In this document: positions 49,118-56,735 of the stretch, one piece after another
How the letters are laid out: every line of letters begins with the position of its first letter
Position numbering within the stretch: the first letter of the stretch is position 1
Notes under the pieces: generated by a model
Database searches by the model: none
Told to the model about the DNA's origin: nothing
Seen by the model: the letters and a program-made list of their open reading frames with translations, nothing else
Source: Chiloscyllium plagiosum
Taxonomy: Eukaryota
NCBI RefSeq assembly: GCF_004010195.1
Contig: NC_057718.1
Coordinates: 10,972,325 to 11,029,059, forward strand
DNA length: 56,735 nt
Reading direction: 5' to 3'
Program-made: the position numbers and the translations under genes

Positions 49118-51172
49118 AGCTCACTTTGAAAGGTACTGAATGAGGAGGAACCTTTTATAATGGTTTATAACATGTGGATACAAAAGGTGAATTCAGACAT
49201 TGGCTTTCAGTGAAACAACAATAGCTGGACTAGCAGAAAGGGGTAGAAACGGGTGAAGCCAGACCTGTTTCTTTCAGTAAAGCTTGACTCATGCTTTGAA
49301 TGGATGATGGTGAAAACTCTGGCATAATTCTTCACTCCATGCTCAACCATTACAGATAATCAGTTAAGTCCCCTCTGTAGTATTGTTTTCTATCCTGAGC
49401 ACCAGACTTTGGGGCAATGTCAAAGCCTTTGGAGATAATGCAGTGGAGATTTACTAGGATGGTATCAGGGATGGATGGACTCCAACTTTGACAAGAAGCT
49501 TGAGGAGCAAGGATTACTGAACATTTTATAAGTGCCTTTTATATTGCTTGTTCACAGCTGAAAATTCAAAGGTCACTGTACCTCCTCCCTTACTGATTGA
49601 TTTATGGTGCATAAAGATCTTTTTCCCACTAATGGCATAGAACAAAAACATTTATCTGAGATCTCTGCTCTAATCACCAACACGTGTGGCATTCCTCCCA
49701 AGCAATGTAATCTTGGATTTTTAGTTAATCAAAGTACTGATTGTTAAGTAACATTTATAGCAGTTCACTCCTCCTGTGTAACTTTGCAAATAACATCATT
49801 AATTTGGATTGGTTCACCCTTTCCATGATTGAAATTGGAAAACATTCATGAGGTTAGCCAGCATCCATACAGAAGAGAAAGTTAGTGTTTCAGGTTGATC
49901 CTGTTATCGCTGACCTTTGTTCACAAGGGAACAAGTTTGTGCAAGGTGTGCCATATATTTGAACAAAAATGAGAAACATCGTGACTTTTAGTAATTAAAA
50001 ATCTGTGTGGTAGAACCAGGACTATTTTAACTCTTGGAAATGGAACTATGAGCTGCTTTCAGAAATACTTGTGAAATAATTGAGATTATTTTGTTTATTT
50101 TAGACCCATTCCCTCATTTTGTTCTCTGCCTCCCTTCTGACTGCATGTTATTATCAAAGTATTACTCTGAGGCATTTGGTTGTTACCAAAGCAGACGGAA
50201 TATCAAATGGTTTGTTATCTGCATTTTGAAATGCTTTTTTCGGATAGTGTGACATTCTGAAGGGATTCTTTGCAAAAATGCACTACGTATGAGAAATTTC
50301 ACAACAAATAAGCTAGCCTTAAGTTTTCAATGTTTGGATACACAAAGGCATTCTTTAAAGAGACTATCAAAGCTGTTTGTTAATCGCTCCTACGTAGAAA
50401 TGGCAATGCACCACAAGATGAAATTGAGCCAGTTATCATGCTTCCCCCACTAAATCCCACTCTATATGCAGGATTGGAAAGAACCTTCCACTGGAATTGT
50501 GATGGACATAAATGTTCTGGTGAGATAAAACAGTTGCCATACAGAAAACAAAATAGAAGTGGCTATAAAACCAAATAATCTAATCGATAATTTGTTATTT
50601 TACATAACTGATGCAGATGTTGATCCTTTACCACCTTGCGGAAATTTTCTGGTTTTGAGAAATTGGAGTTTCATCATCACTGTGACTGTCATATATGGAA
50701 TGTGGAAAGGCCAAGTAACCCATTGGTACTGTCCTCCCACCACTTTCCTTGCCCTATGACCTTGTATAGTTTGGCCTAAATGGCTTCTGCACCTAATTAC
50801 ATGTTCTCCTGATCAAACATTTTGCAGATTCTGCCCCTTAAATCAATTTGAAGTAGTAATTTCATTACCCTTTAACATCTCAACACCACTGACATATCGG
50901 GTGACAGAGATTTGATAAATGATACATCATTCACCCACTTAAGCCCAGAAGTCATCCTTCTATCTAATGTTTGACATTTTGGGTATGAACTCTTGTACAA
51001 AAGACTGTCTCAAGCATTCTGTACTGTAGATTTCCAGCACTCATTTAAGCAGAGAGATAGTTTAATGAATTGAAAATGGAATTATGACTGTGAAAGGTTT
51101 CTTATGACCACCATTGTATTGATTGATTCAGACAGGAATGGCCCATGTACTTGTAATGAGTAAAATGGGTAT

Positions 51173-51950
51173 TGTTACGACATGGGGTAAACCCCTCTGC
51201 TAATTTAAACCAGCAACACAGAGAAGATTCACCCCATGCTGTAATCTGTTAAAATTCAAGAGGCAAAATCTATCCCAGAGGTCATTATTTAAAGTAAAAA
51301 TTAACAACTTTATTCTTTAAGTCCAACAGAGAATATTAAAACGAACAACTATTTACAACTCGTTTCTCTTTAATCTATCTTTTACTTCCCACTCTACAAT
51401 ACTAGTCTGATTAAAAGATCACGATTAAGATTTACAAAAAAAATTCAACTTTCAAAACCAGTCAGCTGTCGAATCTTGTCTTTGTATCTTCTTCTGCAGA
51501 TTTTCCTCTGTCATCTTTTTGATGTTCTGCTGCGCAAACTTCTTATAGACAGGTACCTTTTAGAGAGCTGTTCTGCTGGCAATCTGTACTTGTTGGTGGC
51601 TTGGCAGTTCTCCACTCTAGCTGTTCAAAATGTCCCATTTTATACCCCAAAACATCAGATTGTTTCATTGGTTTTAATATTATCAAAACACTAAATTCAA
51701 ATTTGTTTGGATTCTGGTATCTTGGGGCATAATTTAAACTGATTGGCCGAACTTGAACTTGTTTTTGTGTTCCAAATGCAACACAGCTGTACTATTGGTT
51801 TCAGGATCAGTGGTGCTGGAAGAGCACAGCAATTGGTTTCAACCAAGTGTGACATTGTTACCTTGTTGAGAACACTTTGTGCTGTGTCAGGCAGTCCTTG
51901 CTAGGTTTTCAACTCTCTTAAAGGTACAGTACCTCTACACCTTCATAACA
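51173..51950 (-). mobile_element. Solo LTR (778 bp)
   Basis: Termini TGTTACGA...TCATAACA. 4-bp TSD GTAT (51169-51172, 51951-51954). AATAAA on the minus strand near 51310. Confidence 0.82.
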
Positions 51951-53341
51951 GTATTTACAAAATTGTTATGTTGCAGCACAAGGTCATTCGGTCCATTATG
52001 TCTGCGTGAGCATCATGACTTAGTGCCAATCTCCTACCCTTTCCCCTTAACCTTGCACATAAATGATCAACAAATGCTCTCATGCCTCAATTGAGGTGAA
52101 ATCCACCAAATTTTCAGGCAGTGCATTCTATACAAAACCACTTCCTACATGAAAACATTTCTTTTCACATCACACTTACTTGTTTTACAAATCCCTTTAA
52201 ATCCATAGCATCTTGTTCTCGATCCTTTTAAGAGCATAAACTGTTTCTCCTAGTAAACTCATGATTTTGTAAACCTCAATCAAATTTCTTCTTGGCTATC
52301 TCTCCAAGGAAAAATGTCCCAACTTCGCCAGTCTACCTCATAACAGAAGTTTTTCAACCGTGGAACATTTCTCAAATCTCTTCTGTACTGTATTCAATGT
52401 GTTGATGTCTCCCTTTACAAGACCATAATAGAACCAAATATCACAATGACCCACAAAAGGAGATACTGTTTTGGGCTGATAACCAAATGCTCATTTTATA
52501 AGAGACTGTCTTAAAGGAGGAAAGCATGGTAGGGAGGCAGAGGGGTTCAGAGAGGACTTTCAGAGCTGAGGGCCAAAGTACCTGAGGCACCAGTGATGGA
52601 GCGATTAAAATTGGGATTCTCGAGAGGCCAGAATTAGAGGAGCACAGATATCTCAAGAGGTGTTGCAGGATATGAGGAGATTACAGAGACAAGGAAAGGC
52701 TATGGAGGGAATTGAAAATGATGGAAATTTTAACATGGAAATGTTGCTTGACTAAGAGCCAGTGCAAGTTAACAAGCATTAGGGTGATGGTGAATTTGAT
52801 GCAAGTTTGAACACAGTTGGCAAAGCTTTGGATTAGCTCAGAGCAGACATGGGAGTGGTAAAGAAGTGGAAATATGTAATCTTAGTGATGATGTAGGTCC
52901 CTGGTTAGGGTTAGGGAAATCTCACCTTCTAATTAAATGTGACAACAAGTCTGGTTCAGCTTTAGCCAGCCACAGTGGAGAGGGGTGATGCAGTGCTTGG
53001 AAGATTGCGCTGGGGACTGAAGACAATGGTTTTAGTCTTCCCAACACTTGTATTATATTCATGAAGAATTAATTCTGACCTTTCCCCCAAAGTAGAGTGC
53101 ACAATTTCAAATGACCAGAAGCCTACGATGTGATGATGGATGAGAATTGTCTGGAATTATTTTGTATTGGGTCACTGTGGAACTTTGTAACATTCTTAAA
53201 ATAGAAATCCATTCTGATGAAGAGTTTCTGGACTCTGAACGTTAAGTCTGCTTTCTTCAAACGGATACTGTGAGATCCGCTGCATTTTTCCAGCGATTTC
53301 CGTTTTTGTTTAAAATCTCCAGGATCTGCAGTTCTTTTTTT

Positions 53342-53658
53342 TTAGATTAGAGATTCCCTACAGTGTGGAAACAGGCCCTTTGGCCCAACAAGTCCACACT
53401 GACCCTCCGAAGAGTAACCCACCCATACCCATTTCCCTCTGACTAATGCACCGAAGACTATGGGCAATTTAGCATGGCCAATCCACCTGACCTGCACATC
53501 TTTGGACTGTGGGAGGAAACCGGAGCACCCAGAGGAAACCCACGCAGACACAGGGAGAATGTGCAAACTCCACACAGGCAGTCATCCCGTGCTGGAATCG
53601 AATATGGGTCACTGGTACTGTGAGGCAATAGTGCTAACCACTGAACCACCACGCCGCC
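53342..53658 (-). mobile_element. HE1-type SINE, full length
   Basis: Reverse complement of the head, V-domain and (taatc)n tail. Confidence 0.88.
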
Positions 53659-53989
53659 TCTTTCTTTGTTTTATGTAAAATAAAAACTTTTTCCCTTAGG
53701 CCTGAAAAACAACATTAACAATAGTGATGTATCATTGCAAAACTGATATTCTGCATCTGTTTGTCAATTTATAACTTTGATGCCCACATAGTTGTGATTG
53801 TTGGAATGGTGCCTGATTCGGGTATACTGAAGTGGACTCAGTTGATGGGTTTCTGCATTGAACCCTATCATCCACTAGATGGAAACAGATCATTGTGGCA
53901 ATAGGACAAGGCAGAAGCTGGAAAACTGGTAATGCTAAAATCAGTTTCAGTGTTGACATATAAACAGAACAAAGAATTGCTGATGCTAG

Positions 53990-54610
53990 CGATCTGAAGC
54001 ACACAAAAACATCCTCACACCCTGCTTCCATTCGATTCTTCCAGTTTCTCTTACACATCTGTTCTTATTATGCCACCTTCTGCAAGGGGATCTCAGAAAT
54101 GTCCACTTTTTTTCCCAACTGAGGATTCCCCCTCCACTCTGGTTGACAGGCCCCTCAGCCATGTTTGAGCCATATCCCACACTTCTGTCCTCACCTCTTC
54201 TCTTCCCTCCCACAACAATGGTAGGGTGCCCCAGTCCATACTTTACACTCCATTAGCCTCCCCAATTGACAAACCCCAATCCACTCTTCTGCACTCCCAT
54301 GGCACCTTCCCATGCAATTGCAGAAGATGCAGCTCTTGCCTTGTTTACTTACATCCCTCCTTGCCATCCAACGCCCCAGTCACACTTTCCAGGTGGAGCA
54401 GCAATCTAGTCTTATGTACTGTATGCTGCTCATAAAACATAGACCTGGTGACCACTTTGCAGAACACCTACAAATTGCTGTAAAATGGTCCTGACCTTTC
54501 AGTTGCCCGCCACTTCAACACCCCAACTTTGGTCCAGCCAACATTTCTCTCTCAGGCCTACTGCAGTGCTCCACAAGTTGGAAGAGCACCACCTCATCTT
54601 CTGCTTGGTT
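53990..54610 (+). mobile_element. Degenerate Penelope-like element, GIY-YIG endonuclease region
   Basis: Fragmented peptides HGTFPCNCRRCSSC, SSNLV.C..C, RPGDHFAEHL and KLEEHHLIFCL. Confidence 0.7.
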
Positions 54611-55268
54611 AGCTCAGTTGGTTGGGTGGTTTGTGATGGAAGTAATGCCAGCAGTATCGGTTCAATTCCTGCAATGTCTGAGTTTACCATAAAGGACTGT
54701 CCTTCTCAAGCTATCCCCTAGCCTGAGATACGATGACCCTCAGGTTAAACCACTGTTCATTTTTCTCTCACTAATGAGCAAATAGCCCTATTGTACAGTA
54801 GGAATATTGCAACTTTATCTGTACCTTTGGGCTGGAAATGAGGGAGAGCTTTACTCTCCCTTGATTCTAAATGGCAGCTGTTATATTTGCTGAGTACATT
54901 AATGCAGAAAAAGTATCACTGGCCTGGAAAGATTGATGGGAAGGAGAGTGGACTTCACTAAAAGGAAACAAAGAAAGGTTAGTTCAATTAGAGAACACTT
55001 TTTGATGGAGAAAAGGCTTGAGAAAGCAGTTTCAATCACCAAAACAAGGGAAATATGGGAGCTTGGTGGTGACCATGAAACTATCATTAATTGTTGTAAA
55101 AGCCAACCTGGTTCACTTTGGGCAGGGAAATCCACTGGCCCTCCACTGATTAGCTGACAGGTGAATCCAAACCCACAACAAAGTGGCTGATTCAAACTGT
55201 CCTCAGAAATGGCCCTAGCAAGCCTCTCAGTTCAAGGACAATTACGAATAGGCAACAAATACTGCCCT

Positions 55269-55460
55269 GGTAGACAAGCAGGAGGCTGGAAGAACACAGC
55301 AAGCCAGCTAGCATCAGAAAGTGGAGAAGTCAATGTTTTGGGTGTTTACGCCTGAAACGTTGACTTCTCCACTTGTTGATATTGCCTGGCTTGATGTGTT
55401 CTTCCAACCTCCTGCCTGTCTGCCTTGGAATCCAACATCTGCAGTTTTTTTGGTCTCTAG
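55269..55460. mobile_element. Penelope-like fold-back element (family C) inserted in a SINE tail
   Basis: Inverted arms, central cctgaaacgttg, homologous to 16128-16312. Confidence 0.7.
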
Positions 55461-56077
55461 CAACATCCATATCCCATAAAAGGATTTAATTTTTTTTTCT
55501 GCTTTTTGTCCCTAGTTCAATAAATACTTTTGTCACTAAAAACAGTTTATTTTTATTTATTCCATTGAAATCATTAATGATTTGGAATACCTCTACTGAA
55601 TCTCTTTAACTTATGTGCTCTTTAGAAAAGTAATCCCACCTGGATCAGCCATGATCCTATTGAATGGTGGAGCAGGCTTGAGGGGCTGAATGGCCTACTC
55701 CTGCTCCTATTTCATATGGTCTTCTCCAGAGTCCATCTTAGATCTAAGATTTTACTTGGTATGTATCCTAATTCCCCTCATTTTTAATGTATTGAGATGT
55801 TCCTTTGCATGGATGATATTGCCTTGCTGGCAAAATTATTTGCAGATTCAATCATAATTTCTAACTGAATTTAAGTAGGAAAAGCAGAGGGAGATGTGTT
55901 CTCATAGACAAGGCAATTTAAGAAGCCTTTACATATTAGATGGAGCTAACAACATTGACAAATAGTAGATATGAGGGTCTTAAAGCCACCTTTGTGGCAC
56001 AGAGCCCCCTTACCACCTCTAGAGGTAACATCTCTGAACATGAGTTGGAGATGCCTTGTTGTTCTGGGGTATACAAC

Positions 56078-56247
56078 GTTTAAAAAAAATCACAACACCA
56101 GGTTATAGTCCAACAGGTTTAATTGGAAGCACTAGCTTTCAGAGCGCTGCTCCACAACCACCTGTTGAAGGAGCAGTGCTCCGTAAGCTAGTGCTTCCAT
56201 TTAAACCTGTTGGACTATAACCTGGTGTTGTGTGATTTTTAACTTTG
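56078..56247. mobile_element. Fold-back element (family B)
   Basis: Arms as at 13734-13942. The centre cctgttgaaggagcagtgctccgtaagc is a mutated hammerhead-like core. Confidence 0.78.
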
Positions 56248-56292
56248 GACATCTCTGACCAGGTTGCTGAAGAAAAAGATATGATAGTCTAA

Positions 56293-56735
56293 ATGGAGAA
56301 AGTGAGGTCTGCAGATGCTGGAGATCAGAGCTGAAAATGTGTTGCTGGAAAAGCGCAGCAGGTCAGGCAGCATCCAGGGAACAGGAGAATTGACGTTTCC
56401 TTCTTCAGGAATGAGGAAAGTTTGTCCAGCAGGCTAAGATAAAAGGTGGGGAGGAGGGACTTGGGGGAGGGGTGTCAGAAATGCGATAGGTGGAAAGAGG
56501 TCAAGGTGAGGGTGATAGGNNNNNNNNNNNNNNNNNNNNNNNNNNNNNNNNNNNNNNNNNGGAGGGGAAATGAGGAAACTGCTGAAATCCGAGTTCATCC
56601 CTTTTGGTTGGAGAGTTCCTAGGCGGAAGATGAGGCGCTCTTCCTCCAACTGTCGTGTTGTTGTGGTCTGGCGATGGAGGAGTCCAAAGACCTTCATATC
56701 CTTGGTGGAGTATGAGGGGGAGTTGAATTGTTGAG
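56293..56735 (-). mobile_element. 3' end of a Penelope-like retrotransposon (GIY-YIG C-terminus plus terminal repeat), running off the window; gap at 56520-56560
   Basis: ORF 56434..56697 (RQLEEERLIFRLGTLQPKGMNSDF) fits the PLE GIY-YIG end, R..E..I..L.TL.P.G.N. It is followed by the same terminal sequence that forms the family A fold-backs. Confidence 0.85.

Noticed and set aside
52903..52916. GGTTAGGGTTAGGG telomeric motif
   Set aside because: Only two units, which is compatible with chance.

Overview
Eukaryotic, repeat-rich vertebrate DNA. The HE1-type SINEs, CR1 LINEs and DeuSINE-like elements point to an elasmobranch (shark). The window holds one complete protein-coding gene on the + strand, INTS9 (Integrator subunit 9): 17 coding exons from 13214 to 47452, all introns GT-AG, 1977 nt and 658 aa in total. 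It lies behind a CpG island carrying two oppositely oriented ACTACAnnTCCC motifs, which looks like a bidirectional promoter. The partner gene is probably HMBOX1, inferred from human synteny only. Three things are not visible in the ORF track: (1) a degraded, intronless RBPMS2 retrocopy at 6334-6574 (-), fused to one of three copies of an unnamed ~200-260 bp repeat; (2) at least ten short Penelope-derived elements, mostly fold-backs with 10-20 bp target-site duplications, several carrying hammerhead-ribozyme-like cores, one on the INTS9 sense strand just after exon 14; (3) two solo LTRs with 4-bp TSDs and a tandem array of tRNA-like units. The rest is CR1/Rex1-type LINE and SINE debris and two assembly gaps. 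No CRISPR array, rRNA or intact tRNA gene was seen.
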